A model generated the notes under the pieces. It saw only the letters and a list, made by a program, of their open reading frames with translations, searched no databases and was not told where the DNA came from. Source: Pseudomonadota bacterium (GTDB taxonomy: Bacteria > Bdellovibrionota_C > UBA2361). Taken from it: a stretch of 64,000 nt of DNA. Made by a program: the position numbers and the translations under genes. The stretch lies in the NCBI GenBank assembly GCA_046047875.1, contig JBJOHD010000098.1, forward strand, positions 219 to 64,218. The letters run 5' to 3'. Within the stretch, counting starts at the first letter, position 1; every line of letters starts with the position of its first letter. Below are positions 1-10,391 of this stretch, one piece after another.

Positions 1-64
1 GACGCGTTAAGGTAGATAACTCGATAGAGCCCCTTCGAGACCCACCGAGCCGTGTGATAATTCG

Positions 65-1627
65 ATGCTGTCCCGACGCCAAATATTCGGACTTCAAGAC
101 GTTATCGCCGTCTTTGCCGTTATATCTCTCACGGTCTATCAGATGGCAAACTTCGCCCTCGACCCCGGGGTGGGGTGGCATCTCGCCACCGGTGAATACA
201 TCCTCAAACACGAGTCGATACCCAGAGTCGACCCGTTCCTCGCCTCCACCACCCCCCGTCCGTGGGTGTCGGATCAATGGCTCGCCGATGTTGTTCTCTT
301 TATCGCGTACGCCGTCGGCTCCTGGCCGTTCGTCTACGGACTGCTCGCGGCGCTCTACCTCGCCGCATTCTATGCGATCCTCTATCCGTGTACCGTTCGC
401 CTCACCGGAGCACCGATCCTCGCTGCGACCCTCACCTTAATAGCATTTAAGCTCGGACAGCTTCACTTCATCCTGCGACCGGTCGTCTTCGGTTTTCTCT
501 GTTTCACTATCTTAATCGTCCTCGTGTGGCGCCACGACCTACCACCGCCGGGCCGCCGCGTTCAACGCCCCCTCCGGGGCCTCTTCGAAGCTGCGCTCTT
601 CGGCCTCTTCGTTGTATGGGCGAACCTTCATCCCTCGTGGGCCCTCGGACTCTGTGTTCTCGCGCTCCGTCCGCTCGCGGCGGTGCTCGACCGGGTCACG
701 AAGCGCACCTCTGGACCTGGCAACCGCACGATCGGGGGCGGTTTGCGGCAATTCGGATGCGCACTCGCGGGAACATGGGTAAACCCGAACGGCTTCGAAC
801 TCCATCGCTCTGTCGTGGCGCTCGGAAGCGATCCCTTCTTCATGCGCTTTCATGAAGAGTGGCTCCCCCCCGACCCCACAACCGGGATCGGTCTTGCCCT
901 CTTGATTCTCTGCCTCCTCGGCGCAGGCAGCTTCATCACCGAGCGCTCCCCCCGTTCGTTCGGCTCATTCGAGCTGCTCATCTGCGGGCTCTTCGCCGTC
1001 CTCGCCTTTCAGTCGATACGCATCGCCCCGTTCTTCGGCATCGCTGCGGTCGTTCCGTTCACCCGTTCTTTTGCAAACCATACCCTCATCGCGCCGAATA
1101 GCCGGGGTACTCTCGGGGCGCTCGGCAACGCCTGGGGCAGCCTTTCGGTCGCCGAGCTCAGCGGAGCCCGGGGGCTCGTGACCGTTTTTGCCCTTTGCAC
1201 CGCTCTGATCGTAGATCCCCTCGCCCGTGGCAGCGTCCTTGGATTCGCCGGCCCATTCGGCCCCTCGACCCGCCGCTTCCCCTACGAGGCGGTCAAATTT
1301 CTCGCCGACAAGGCGACCCCTCAGAAACCGATCACCCTGGTCGCCCCACCCGAATGGGGGGGGTTCATCACCTGGTTCGGTCGCGAGCTTGTTCGTCCGA
1401 TTATCGACGATCGCAATACGCTGCTCGGCGCCGATTTCTACCGCTCATTCGATGCCGCATTCAAACCGGACGGGCCCCTGTCAGCGTTTCTCGCTGTTCA
1501 CGGCAGCTCCACCGTCCTCGTTCCCCACAGAGCTCCTTTAAACGAGGCGCTTCGACGTACCCCCCAGTTCCAGGTGGTCTTTGAGGATAGGGTGGGTGTC
1601 GTATACGAATATTCGCCGTATCCTTGA
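65..1627 (+). CDS. Polytopic integral membrane protein of unknown function (possibly GT-C-like glycosyltransferase)
   Basis: 520 aa ORF with many hydrophobic segments and Pro/Arg-rich loops; no soluble-enzyme motifs. The start is uncertain near the window edge. Confidence 0.45.
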   Translation: MLSRRQIFGLQDVIAVFAVISLTVYQMANFALDPGVGWHLATGEYILKHESIPRVDPFLASTTPRPWVSDQWLADVVLFIAYAVGSWPFVYGLLAALYLAAFYAILYPCTVRLTGAPILAATLTLIAFKLGQLHFILRPVVFGFLCFTILIVLVWRHDLPPPGRRVQRPLRGLFEAALFGLFVVWANLHPSWALGLCVLALRPLAAVLDRVTKRTSGPGNRTIGGGLRQFGCALAGTWVNPNGFELHRSVVALGSDPFFMRFHEEWLPPDPTTGIGLALLILCLLGAGSFITERSPRSFGSFELLICGLFAVLAFQSIRIAPFFGIAAVVPFTRSFANHTLIAPNSRGTLGALGNAWGSLSVAELSGARGLVTVFALCTALIVDPLARGSVLGFAGPFGPSTRRFPYEAVKFLADKATPQKPITLVAPPEWGGFITWFGRELVRPIIDDRNTLLGADFYRSFDAAFKPDGPLSAFLAVHGSSTVLVPHRAPLNEALRRTPQFQVVFEDRVGVVYEYSPYP

Positions 1628-2982
1628 GCGTTGGAAGCGGGTTGCGTTATAGTGCGAGAGATCCTGAAGGAGTGCGTGTGGCATCGACATCGAGAGGAAA
1701 ATTAAGACTCATTGCGGCGCTCAGTCTGAGTGGAATCGGGCTATCCCTCTACTCGCTTTACCACCATATCGTTCTCGAGTATGGCGTTCAGACAGCTCCC
1801 TCGTTTTGCAACATCAACGCGACGTTTAACTGCGATGCGGTGAATGCGAGCCGCTGGTCAACTCTTTTGGGGATCCCGATCGCGAGTTACGGCCTTGCTT
1901 TCTACCTCTGCTTTTTTCTCTTCGCGATTTTCGGACCGGCGCGACTCTCCGCCGCAATCCTCCGGGGAGCCGCCACGGCGTTGAGCCTCGCTGCCGTACT
2001 ATTCTCGCTGTACCTCTTCTACGTATCGAAGCTACTCATCGGCACGATCTGTCTTATCTGTGTCGCACTCTACGTCATCAACATACTCCTCCTCGTTGTA
2101 AGCTACCTCCACGGTCGCCCCACATCGCTCCTCGCCCAAGCGTTGGAAGGAGGATGGGCGCTTCTCAACTGGCCGCTCCTCGCCTTCGGTCTCGGCAGAT
2201 GGAGTTCGAGCCAGCATAAGAATCAGGCGTGCGGGTGGTTGGGGCTCACCGCTATGGGGGCTCTATTCGCCCTTTTCGCGCCCCAACAGCTCATCGTTGC
2301 TAATCTTCGGGTGCCGCCGCTAGTGCCTCACGATGCAGCGGCGCTCGCTCGAGATCTGGTCGAACGGTGGAAGAACTCGACGCCGATCACGATTACAGAG
2401 AATCGCTCCCCCGGAGCCAAACACGACTTCTCCAAAGGCCCAGAGGATGCCCCGATTACCCTCGTTGAATTCTCCGACTTCGAATGCCCCGCCTGCCGCC
2501 GTTTTTACGGAGAGATTAAGGAGATACTTTCGGTGTACGGATCGAACGTGAGGGTTGTGCACCGCAACTTTCCGATCGATCAAACGTGCAACGTGCATAT
2601 TCCTCAAGTAGCCCATGTCAACGCCTGTCTTGGGGCGCTTTTTACCCGATGCGCCGGAGAACAGGGCAAGTTCTGGGAAGCGGTCGACTATGTGTTTACC
2701 TTGCCGTCGATCGATGCAGGCGAGCCCCCTGAGAAGGTCTCGGCCGACATCTCAGCGGGGGGTTCTGCATTAAATCTTGATACCGCCGCGATCGAAGAGT
2801 GCATGAATGCTGACCGTCAGCGCGCGCGCATAATCGAAGACATCGACGAGGCCATCGACCTCGGTCTCGCCGCAACCCCGGCGGTATGGATCAACGGTCG
2901 TGCGGTGCCCCAACCGACAAAAGCGTCGATAACTCCGATCCTCGATCATCTCCTCGCCGAGCGGAGCGCCTCTAACCCGTGA
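1624..2982 (+). CDS. VKOR (vitamin K epoxide reductase-like) fused to a periplasmic DsbA/thioredoxin-like domain
   Basis: The N-terminal multi-TM region carries a CLIC (CxxC) in a TM helix and a loop Cys pair (FCNINATFNC), typical of bacterial VKOR. The C-terminal domain has a thioredoxin CPAC motif (FSDFECPACRRFY). Confidence 0.7.
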   Translation: MSVGSGLRYSARDPEGVRVASTSRGKLRLIAALSLSGIGLSLYSLYHHIVLEYGVQTAPSFCNINATFNCDAVNASRWSTLLGIPIASYGLAFYLCFFLFAIFGPARLSAAILRGAATALSLAAVLFSLYLFYVSKLLIGTICLICVALYVINILLLVVSYLHGRPTSLLAQALEGGWALLNWPLLAFGLGRWSSSQHKNQACGWLGLTAMGALFALFAPQQLIVANLRVPPLVPHDAAALARDLVERWKNSTPITITENRSPGAKHDFSKGPEDAPITLVEFSDFECPACRRFYGEIKEILSVYGSNVRVVHRNFPIDQTCNVHIPQVAHVNACLGALFTRCAGEQGKFWEAVDYVFTLPSIDAGEPPEKVSADISAGGSALNLDTAAIEECMNADRQRARIIEDIDEAIDLGLAATPAVWINGRAVPQPTKASITPILDHLLAERSASNP

Positions 2983-3788
2983 AAAAGCTCCCGATCTTGG
3001 TAGGGGTCGTTAACGTAACCCCCGATAGCTTCTCTGACGGAGGGGAATATCTTTCCACCAGCGCAGGGTGCCGACACGCCGAAAATCTCATCGACCAAGG
3101 CGCCGATATCATCGAGATCGGGGGTGATTCAACCCGACCCGGCTCAGTTTGCTGCGGGCCCGAGGAGGAATGGCGCCGGATTGAGCCGATCGTAAGGGAG
3201 CTCGCCCCCCGCCTTCGTTTGTCGATCGACACGCATCACGCCGTGGTTGCGGAGAGAGCGCTCGATTGCGGCGCGGCCCTGATTAACGATGTCACAGCAG
3301 GAAGCGACCCCACAATGTTCGCGGTGGCAGCGCGCTATGAAGCTCCGATAGTTTGCATGTTCTCGCGGTGCTCCCCCCCACACCACTTTGGGGATAATCC
3401 TCCGAGAGATATCATTGCGTTCATCAATAATTATCTCGATGAGTGTTCAGAGCGCGCTCGTGCAGCCGGAATAAAGCCTCAGAACATCATCCGCGATACG
3501 GGCCTCGGCGCATTCGTTGATTCCGATCCAGAGAGATCGTGGACGATCATCGAACGCTACGACGAGGTTACTGCGGGCGGGGGAGGGCTGATGTTCGGAA
3601 GCTCGCGTAAGGGGTTCCTAAAACGTCCCGATGAAACCTCCCCCCACGACCGCGACCTCGCCTCAGCGCTCACCGGGATAGCTGCAACGAATCATCGGCA
3701 TAACAAGCCGGGACCGCTTTACATCCGTACCCACAACGTGGCGCTGCAACGGGAGCTGCTGCTGAATCTGACTGCCCTGTTGGATTAA
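2979..3788 (+). CDS. folP: Dihydropteroate synthase
   Basis: The N-terminus ILVGVVNVTPDSFSDGG is the canonical DHPS pterin-binding signature; 269 aa. Confidence 0.85.
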   Translation: MKKLPILVGVVNVTPDSFSDGGEYLSTSAGCRHAENLIDQGADIIEIGGDSTRPGSVCCGPEEEWRRIEPIVRELAPRLRLSIDTHHAVVAERALDCGAALINDVTAGSDPTMFAVAARYEAPIVCMFSRCSPPHHFGDNPPRDIIAFINNYLDECSERARAAGIKPQNIIRDTGLGAFVDSDPERSWTIIERYDEVTAGGGGLMFGSSRKGFLKRPDETSPHDRDLASALTGIAATNHRHNKPGPLYIRTHNVALQRELLLNLTALLD

Positions 3789-3904
3789 ACTCCAATAAAG
3801 TCATGCTATTACCCCAGACTTCGGCGATGTCTGCCGATTGAAAACACACCCCAAGTAGCTTATTCTCTCGCCACCCCTTGAGGCTTCTTTAAAGGTGATC
3901 CGCC

Positions 3905-5671
3905 ATGACATGCCAAAATAAAAACGTGCTTAACTGGATCGATGGCGTTGCTAAACGGCTTCAGCCCGACCGGATCGTCTGGATAAATGGCTCCGAGGAG
4001 GAAGGCCGAGAGATCTCGGATCGTCTCGTCTCCGACGGCACCTTCATCCCACTCAACGATAAAAAATATCCGAACTGTTTTCTCGCCCGCTCGAACCCAA
4101 ACGACGTGGCGCGGGTTGAGGATCGCACCTTTATCTGCTCACGCTCGAAAGACGACGCGGGACCAACTAATAACTGGCGCTCCCCGGCGGAGATGTATGC
4201 GACCCTCAACGAGCTCATGGAGGGGTGCATGAAGGGACGCACGATGTACGTCGTACCGTACCTTATGGGACCGGACGGCTCCCCGTTTGCTCGGATGGGA
4301 TTTGAGCTTACCGACTCGCTCTACGTGGTTGCGAATATGCGTATTATGGCTCGGGTAGGCGATGTTGCGCTGAAGAACCTCGCCGATCATTCCAATGCGT
4401 TCGTGCGCGGAGTTCACTCGATCGGTTCGCTCGATCCGGAGAAGCGATATATCTGCCATTTCCCCCAGGACAACACGATTATCAGCTTTAACTCGAACTA
4501 CGGCGGGAATGCACTCCAAGGGAAGAAATGCTTTGCGCTCCGGATCGCCTCAACGATCGCCCGCCAAGAGGGTTGGATGGCGGAGCACATGCTCATCCTC
4601 GGCATCACCAATCCCCAAGGAGAGAAGCACTACGTGTGCGGCGCATTCCCCTCCGCGTGCGGCAAAACGAACCTGGCGATGCTTATCCCTCCGAAGAGCT
4701 ATCTCGATGCAGGCTGGAAGGTGGAAACTATCGGCGACGACATCGCGTGGCTCAACTTCGGCTCGGACGGACGGCTCTATGCGATTAACCCGGAGGCTGG
4801 ATTCTTCGGTGTTGCTCCCGGCACATCAGCAAAAACAAACCCGAATGCGCTCGGGACGGTTCAAGCGAATACCATATTCACAAACGTCGCCCTCAACAAC
4901 GACGATATGACCCCGTGGTGGGAGGGGCTCAGTGAGCCGCCCGCAAACGTGACCGACTGGCTCGGCAAGCCGTGGACCCCAGCCTCGGGGCAAAAAGCAG
5001 CTCACGCAAACTCCCGCTTCACCGCCCCTGCGCGCCAATGCCCGAGCATCGCAGCTGAGTGGGAAGCACCCCAGGGTGTGCCGATATCCGCGATTATCTT
5101 TGGTGGTCGACGCTCAAAAGCTGCTCCGCTCGTCTACGAAGCGTACAACTGGCAGCACGGCACCTTTATCGGCGCCACGATGGCCTCGAATACGACTGCC
5201 GCAGCCGCTGGTAAAGTCGGCGAGCTCCGTCGGGACCCGATGGCGATGCTGCCCTTCATCGGCTACCACGCGGCCGATTATTTCCGCCACTGGCTTGCGA
5301 TGGGGATGCGCGGCGGATCGAAGATGCCCCGCGTCTATCACGTGAACTGGTTTCGGACGAACGATCAAGGCGAGTTCTTGTGGCCCGGCTTCGGTGACAA
5401 TATGCGGGTACTCGAATGGATCCACCGCCGATCGGGCAGCACCGTTGAGGCGATCGACACCCCACTCGGGCGTCAACCGCGCCCGGAGGATCTGAACCTC
5501 GCTGGGCTCAACATCGCCCCGGCAGCTCTTAAAGAGCTGATGTCGGTAAAACGCGAGGAGTGGCTCGACGATCTCGACTCCCAGTATCAGTTCTTAAGCT
5601 CGATGGGACCAAAGCTTCCAGCGGAGATCTGGGCGGAGCACGAGTACTTAAAGAAGCGGCTCTCTCAGTAA
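3905..5671 (+). CDS. pckG: Phosphoenolpyruvate carboxykinase (GTP)
   Basis: 588 aa with a kinase-1a P-loop FPSACGKTNLAML and overall GTP-PEPCK architecture. Confidence 0.9.
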   Translation: MTCQNKNVLNWIDGVAKRLQPDRIVWINGSEEEGREISDRLVSDGTFIPLNDKKYPNCFLARSNPNDVARVEDRTFICSRSKDDAGPTNNWRSPAEMYATLNELMEGCMKGRTMYVVPYLMGPDGSPFARMGFELTDSLYVVANMRIMARVGDVALKNLADHSNAFVRGVHSIGSLDPEKRYICHFPQDNTIISFNSNYGGNALQGKKCFALRIASTIARQEGWMAEHMLILGITNPQGEKHYVCGAFPSACGKTNLAMLIPPKSYLDAGWKVETIGDDIAWLNFGSDGRLYAINPEAGFFGVAPGTSAKTNPNALGTVQANTIFTNVALNNDDMTPWWEGLSEPPANVTDWLGKPWTPASGQKAAHANSRFTAPARQCPSIAAEWEAPQGVPISAIIFGGRRSKAAPLVYEAYNWQHGTFIGATMASNTTAAAAGKVGELRRDPMAMLPFIGYHAADYFRHWLAMGMRGGSKMPRVYHVNWFRTNDQGEFLWPGFGDNMRVLEWIHRRSGSTVEAIDTPLGRQPRPEDLNLAGLNIAPAALKELMSVKREEWLDDLDSQYQFLSSMGPKLPAEIWAEHEYLKKRLSQ

Positions 5672-5680
5672 GCGGGAGCG

Positions 5681-6769
5681 ATGACTCATCCCTCGGTTTT
5701 CGCCCATATCGTGACGTTTAACAACGCCGCCACGATCGGGCGATGTCTCGATGGTCTCTTCGCGCAATCCGGCTTCACCCCCGGCGAGAACCTCACGGTG
5801 CTCATTACCGACAACGCTTCGACTGATGGCACCGTCGACCGCATTCGAGCTCAATCTAATCTCCGGCTCACCCTCGACACCCTCTCCGAAAACACCGGAT
5901 TTTGTGCTGGACACAATCGGGGGGTGGCTCGATTTCTTGAGAGCGAGATGAAGTATCTCCTGATTCTTAATCCCGATCTTCGGCTCGAAGCGAGCGCGCT
6001 CGCTGAGCTCGTAGGAGCTCTTGAGGGGGACGCGAATGCAGGGATCGCCTGCCCCAAACTCTTGCGCGCCGATGAGCGGCTCGACCCTGTTCAGCCCCGC
6101 AGGCTCGACGGAGCGGGGATGCACCTTACCACCGCGCTCCGCCACTTCGACCGGGGCTCCGACGAGCTCGATACCGGCCAGTACGACCGCCCCGCGTATG
6201 TATTCGGCGGCTCAGGGGCGTGCCTGCTCCTACGGCGCGACGCGGTGAAGGCTCTCCTCGTTGACTCAGCGCCCGCCGACGAAACGCTCCACGGGATCTA
6301 CCCGTTTCTTCGTGCGCCAGGACGGGCTCCCCTCTTCGACGAGGCGTTTTTTGCCTACCGAGAGGACGCAGACCTCGCCTGGCGCGGGCAGACCCTCGGG
6401 ATACAGTGCCGCTATGTGCCCTTAGCCGCCGGCTATCACAAGCGGGTGGTAACTCCGGATCGGCGGGGAACGCTGCCAGCGCTCCTCAATCGCTTGAGCG
6501 TGCGCAATCGGTTTCTCTTGCAGGCGAATAACTTTGTCCCCACCGCTTCCCTCGCCGCATCTCTGAATGGAGCGGTCGTACGCAACCTCCTCGTCTTACT
6601 CGCGCTCCCCCTTCGCGAACGCGCTTCGATTCCCGGCGTCATCGAGGCGCTCCGCCTCTTTGGCCGCGCGCTCTATCGACGACGTATCATCTTCGAACGC
6701 GCGCGCGAGCCCGCCAAACGGGTAGCGCGGTGGTTTACTGTGTCGGAGGAACCGTGTCTTTTCAGTTAA
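5681..6769 (+). CDS. Family 2 glycosyltransferase
   Basis: The N-terminus HIVTFNNAATIGRCL...LTVLITDNASTDGT is a GT2 DxD-type fold signature. Confidence 0.7.
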   Translation: MTHPSVFAHIVTFNNAATIGRCLDGLFAQSGFTPGENLTVLITDNASTDGTVDRIRAQSNLRLTLDTLSENTGFCAGHNRGVARFLESEMKYLLILNPDLRLEASALAELVGALEGDANAGIACPKLLRADERLDPVQPRRLDGAGMHLTTALRHFDRGSDELDTGQYDRPAYVFGGSGACLLLRRDAVKALLVDSAPADETLHGIYPFLRAPGRAPLFDEAFFAYREDADLAWRGQTLGIQCRYVPLAAGYHKRVVTPDRRGTLPALLNRLSVRNRFLLQANNFVPTASLAASLNGAVVRNLLVLLALPLRERASIPGVIEALRLFGRALYRRRIIFERAREPAKRVARWFTVSEEPCLFS

Positions 6770-7572
6770 CCGGAAAAACCGCTCTCATTACCGGAGGCTC
6801 TGCAGGGATCGGAGCGGAGTTTGCTCGCCAGCTTCATGCTCGGGGGTGCCGCGTGTGGCTCGTGGCACGCCGCGCAGAGAATCTCCGCGCACTGTCTGAC
6901 GAGTTGAACCGAGTTCGCCCCGAGTCAGCTGTATGGGATGCTGTGGACCTCGCGAAGCATTCCGGAGAACTCGATCGCCTCCGTGCGCTCATTCCGACGC
7001 GCACCGTCGATATTCTTATCAATAACGCCGGCAGGGGAACCTTCGGGTCATTTGAGGAGATCGACGGAGCCGCTGAAGAGGAGATGATCCTCACGAACGT
7101 ACTCGCTTCTACTCTCATCGCACGCGCAGTCATCCCTCAGATGAAGGCTCGAAGAAGCGGTGCTATCGTCTCGGTCTCGTCGGTGGCAGGATTTCAGCCC
7201 CTCCCCTATATGGCGAGCTACTCCGGTACCAAAGCTTTTAACGTTGTTCAGGCGTTGGCGCTTCGCCACGAGCTCAAGCCCTTCGGTATCCAGGTCGTGA
7301 CCCTCTGCCCCGGCCCCACCCAGACAGAGTTCGCCGGTGTCGCCCGGATCGAGGGACACATCACCGGCTCAAAGCGCGATCCGGTCGAGTTTGTGGTCGC
7401 CGAAGCTCTCCGCGCCCTCGAACGCAATCGTGCCTTCGTTGTACCGGGACTCCGCTCCGCGCTCATGAGTCTGGGGAGCAGGCTCTTGCCCAAAGATTTT
7501 ACCACCTGGGTGTGTGAGAAGATGCTCCGGGGGGCGCTGCCCAAGGAATCGGGTCCCTCGAGACCGGTCTAG
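6730..7572 (+). CDS. Short-chain dehydrogenase/reductase (SDR)
   Basis: TGKTALITGGSAGIG Rossmann motif; NNAG; a YxxxK active site (YSGTK). The start may be the internal GTG at ~6754. Confidence 0.75.
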   Translation: MVYCVGGTVSFQLTGKTALITGGSAGIGAEFARQLHARGCRVWLVARRAENLRALSDELNRVRPESAVWDAVDLAKHSGELDRLRALIPTRTVDILINNAGRGTFGSFEEIDGAAEEEMILTNVLASTLIARAVIPQMKARRSGAIVSVSSVAGFQPLPYMASYSGTKAFNVVQALALRHELKPFGIQVVTLCPGPTQTEFAGVARIEGHITGSKRDPVEFVVAEALRALERNRAFVVPGLRSALMSLGSRLLPKDFTTWVCEKMLRGALPKESGPSRPV

Positions 7573-7598
7573 CCACCCCGATTCAGACATACCCCCGG

Positions 7599-8192
7599 TT
7601 ATTCGGGAATGGGGCACCAGAGCATAAAGCCTAACGGTTCGTAAACTACGGTCAACAGCGTTGTACGCCTTAGATCCTCAGTAGACTCACCGGCGTCGCC
7701 AACGGTTCGTATCGTAACTCCGAATCCGACACCATCAAGCGGGAACGGTGTATTGAAGAACGGATCCCGGATGGCGTAATAGGTATTCCAGCTGTCGATC
7801 GACCCGTATGAATCTCCCGCGAGCGAAGTCCCCGTATGTATAGTTCTCCACTTAGAGTCCTCCGAAACAGAGATATTGAGTGACTCGTCGATGTCGTTAG
7901 GATCGAAAGGCTCGCTTGGCTCATCCAACTTGCTTGACCCGCCTCCGCCGTACCCACCGAGCCCAAAACAAAGAGCAAACATCGAAATGCTCCCCGGCTC
8001 CGGCCGATTGAGGTCCTCCACGAGCTTGTTAAACCGCTCTTTATCACCTTCAGACAGGTCAAGATACGCCGGTCGCTCACCCCCAGCAGAGGAGACCCCT
8101 ACCGCCTGGGCCACACCTTCCCCCGGGGAAAGTATATGAAACAACGCCGCGAGAAAGGTAAGAAACACCGAGCTCTTGAGCTGCATAGTCAT
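7599..8192 (-). CDS. Secreted hypothetical protein
   Basis: N-terminal signal peptide (MTMQLKSSVFLTFLAALFHILSP) and a Gly-rich stretch; no recognisable domain. Confidence 0.4.
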   Translation of the reverse strand: MTMQLKSSVFLTFLAALFHILSPGEGVAQAVGVSSAGGERPAYLDLSEGDKERFNKLVEDLNRPEPGSISMFALCFGLGGYGGGGSSKLDEPSEPFDPNDIDESLNISVSEDSKWRTIHTGTSLAGDSYGSIDSWNTYYAIRDPFFNTPFPLDGVGFGVTIRTVGDAGESTEDLRRTTLLTVVYEPLGFMLWCPIPE

Positions 8193-8315
8193 AGAAGCCC
8201 TTCAAAAAACCACCCCAATAACCGAGGTATCTAATGTTATGGGTCTCTACCGAGGCAGCTCTCTCAAGGGGAACACTCGGCTGCCTCGAAAGAGAGAAGC
8301 GAGGCTGCCAAAATC

Positions 8316-8831
8316 TCACAAAGCCGCGAGAAGGTCCCGAACGCTGCGCTGTAAAACGGGGTGCCTCAGATCAGGGGCGATATCGGCGAGTGGGCGCAGG
8401 ACGAAATCCCGCTTGTGCATCTCCGGATGAGGTACCGTGAGTCCCGGCGCCTCAACGATTCGCTCTCCGATAAGGACTATATCGAGATCGATCACACGGG
8501 GGCCCCACCGAACGGTACGGCTCCGATCGCGCCCCAGCTCCCGCTCGATCGCGAGGAGCTCGGTGAGGACCTCGACCGGCGGTCGAGCGGAACGAAACGA
8601 GAATGCGGCGTTAAGAAACTCCGGCTGTGATGTCTCCTGAAGCTCCGGTGGATTGAGGGGAGCGGTGTGGTAGAGCTTTGAAACCCGCTCGACTACCCCC
8701 AGCCGTCTTTCCACTTCCTCAAGCGCACGGCGAAAGGTCGTCTCTTTGTCCCCGAGATTCGCCCCGAAGGCGATATAATATACCTCGTTTATCTCCATCG
8801 CGTGGGCGACCGTACCACACCCCGATTCCAT
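8316..8831 (-). CDS. folK: 2-amino-4-hydroxy-6-hydroxymethyldihydropteridine pyrophosphokinase (HPPK)
   Basis: INEVYYIAFGANLGD ... RWGPRVIDLDIVLIG are typical HPPK motifs; 171 aa. Confidence 0.8.
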   Translation of the reverse strand: MESGCGTVAHAMEINEVYYIAFGANLGDKETTFRRALEEVERRLGVVERVSKLYHTAPLNPPELQETSQPEFLNAAFSFRSARPPVEVLTELLAIERELGRDRSRTVRWGPRVIDLDIVLIGERIVEAPGLTVPHPEMHKRDFVLRPLADIAPDLRHPVLQRSVRDLLAAL

Positions 8832-8880
8832 TTGAAATTACCGCGCCTGTGGGTCATAAAAGGAGGGAGAGGATTGCACC

Positions 8881-9558
8881 ATGAAAGAGATCGTTGCGAA
8901 GGCGCTCGCGGAGCGGGTTAAAAACGGCGAGGTTATCGGGGTCGGTACCGGCTCTACGGTTGACGCGGCTCTTGTCGAGATAGGCCGCCGCGTCGCCGCC
9001 GAAAAAATGAATCTAAAGGTCGTTCCGACATCGCTGCAATCAGCGTGGAGGTGCCAAGAGATCGGTCTCGATGTGCTCTATCCTGGATTTCGCGGCGAAC
9101 TTGCGTGGGGATTCGACGGTGCGGATGAGGTGAACGACGACCTCTGGCTCATCAAAGGCAAGGGAGGAGCGCTCCTTCAAGAGAAGATTCTCGCCGCCCG
9201 CTGCAAAGAATTTCTCGTTATCGTCGACGAATCGAAGCTCGTGAAAAACCTCGGTGCAGCGTGCGCGGTTCCCCTCGAGGTCATCCCGGAGGCGATAGCG
9301 GTCGTTGAAAGGAAGTTAAAAGATCTCTCTCCCCGCGATATCGTTATCCGGGAGGGTTCGGGGAAAAAAGGTCCGGTGATTACCGAGGCGGGTAATATCA
9401 TCGTCGATGTGCTCCTTCCCTCGATCGAGCGTTCAACCGAGAACAGACTCAAATCGATTGTAGGCGTCGTGGAGACCGGACTTTTTATCGACTATGCGAG
9501 CGAGGTAATCGTGGGATCCTCGGGCGGCACCCGCACCCTCCAAAAGATCCGTAACTAG
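8881..9558 (+). CDS. rpiA: Ribose-5-phosphate isomerase A
   Basis: GVGTGSTV phosphate-binding motif; 225 aa; LIKGKGGALLQEKI region. Confidence 0.8.
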   Translation: MKEIVAKALAERVKNGEVIGVGTGSTVDAALVEIGRRVAAEKMNLKVVPTSLQSAWRCQEIGLDVLYPGFRGELAWGFDGADEVNDDLWLIKGKGGALLQEKILAARCKEFLVIVDESKLVKNLGAACAVPLEVIPEAIAVVERKLKDLSPRDIVIREGSGKKGPVITEAGNIIVDVLLPSIERSTENRLKSIVGVVETGLFIDYASEVIVGSSGGTRTLQKIRN

Positions 9559-10391
9559 CTTCCCGGCAAAAAGCCCTTGAGCTTTCCCCACAACCCTCGG
9601 GGCGCGGGGGCTTCTCGGGCGAAAAAAGGCTCCGCTCGGCTAAATAAGGTGAGCGCAAAGTTATTGGTCTCCTTGCCGCCTACCAGAACCCGAGCGGAAT
9701 CACCCCCGATAAGACCCCGGGCAGCTTCCGCCTCGATCTCTCCCTTTATTCGATCAAGCACCCGACGCTCGCTCGAAAAACATTCGACCCCGATCAAGAC
9801 GATGGGAGCACGGCTCTCTCCCCCGTCCTCTCGTAAGATAAAGAGCCGCGCGATCTCTTTCTCGTTCTCGGCGACGTTCGAGAGTCCCCGTTGGAGCTCC
9901 CCGTACTCGCCCTCTTTCGGCGCACGAATCTGCACAGTGGGCGCGGCGTTCTCTGCGTTGAACTCCTCGATTAACTCATCGATGACCCCAGTTCCCCCTT
10001 TGAGAAGACCGAGCTCCCATGGAGATATCTCTTTTTCGACCTCGGCTCCCGGATTCAGACATACCCACCATTCGTCGGGCAAAATCTTCAAAAGCTCCGG
10101 AAAGCCGATCGTGCGATGGCGAAGCGACACCCCGCACCACGCCTCAATAAGTTCGCTCCGAGTAAAGACCGGAACGATCACCCGACCTGGAGCCTTAATT
10201 CCGAGCACGTTTAAAAGATCGTTCGGATAGACCGGACTATCGCTTAACACCCGATCTTGATGGCGCTCCGGAACAAAGAATTTTGACTCAAGCAGACGCT
10301 CGAAAAAAAGTCGAGCCGCACGACCATCCCCTTCAAGGGCGTCGAACATAGCACGCTCGAGTTCGGTGAGAACGGGGGTCGCGGCGGTCAT
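9555..10391 (-). CDS. Hypothetical protein (SseB-like?)
   Basis: 278 aa with no clear catalytic motif; weak resemblance to the SseB family. The call is tentative. Confidence 0.4.
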   Translation of the reverse strand: MTAATPVLTELERAMFDALEGDGRAARLFFERLLESKFFVPERHQDRVLSDSPVYPNDLLNVLGIKAPGRVIVPVFTRSELIEAWCGVSLRHRTIGFPELLKILPDEWWVCLNPGAEVEKEISPWELGLLKGGTGVIDELIEEFNAENAAPTVQIRAPKEGEYGELQRGLSNVAENEKEIARLFILREDGGESRAPIVLIGVECFSSERRVLDRIKGEIEAEAARGLIGGDSARVLVGGKETNNFALTLFSRAEPFFAREAPAPRGLWGKLKGFLPGS

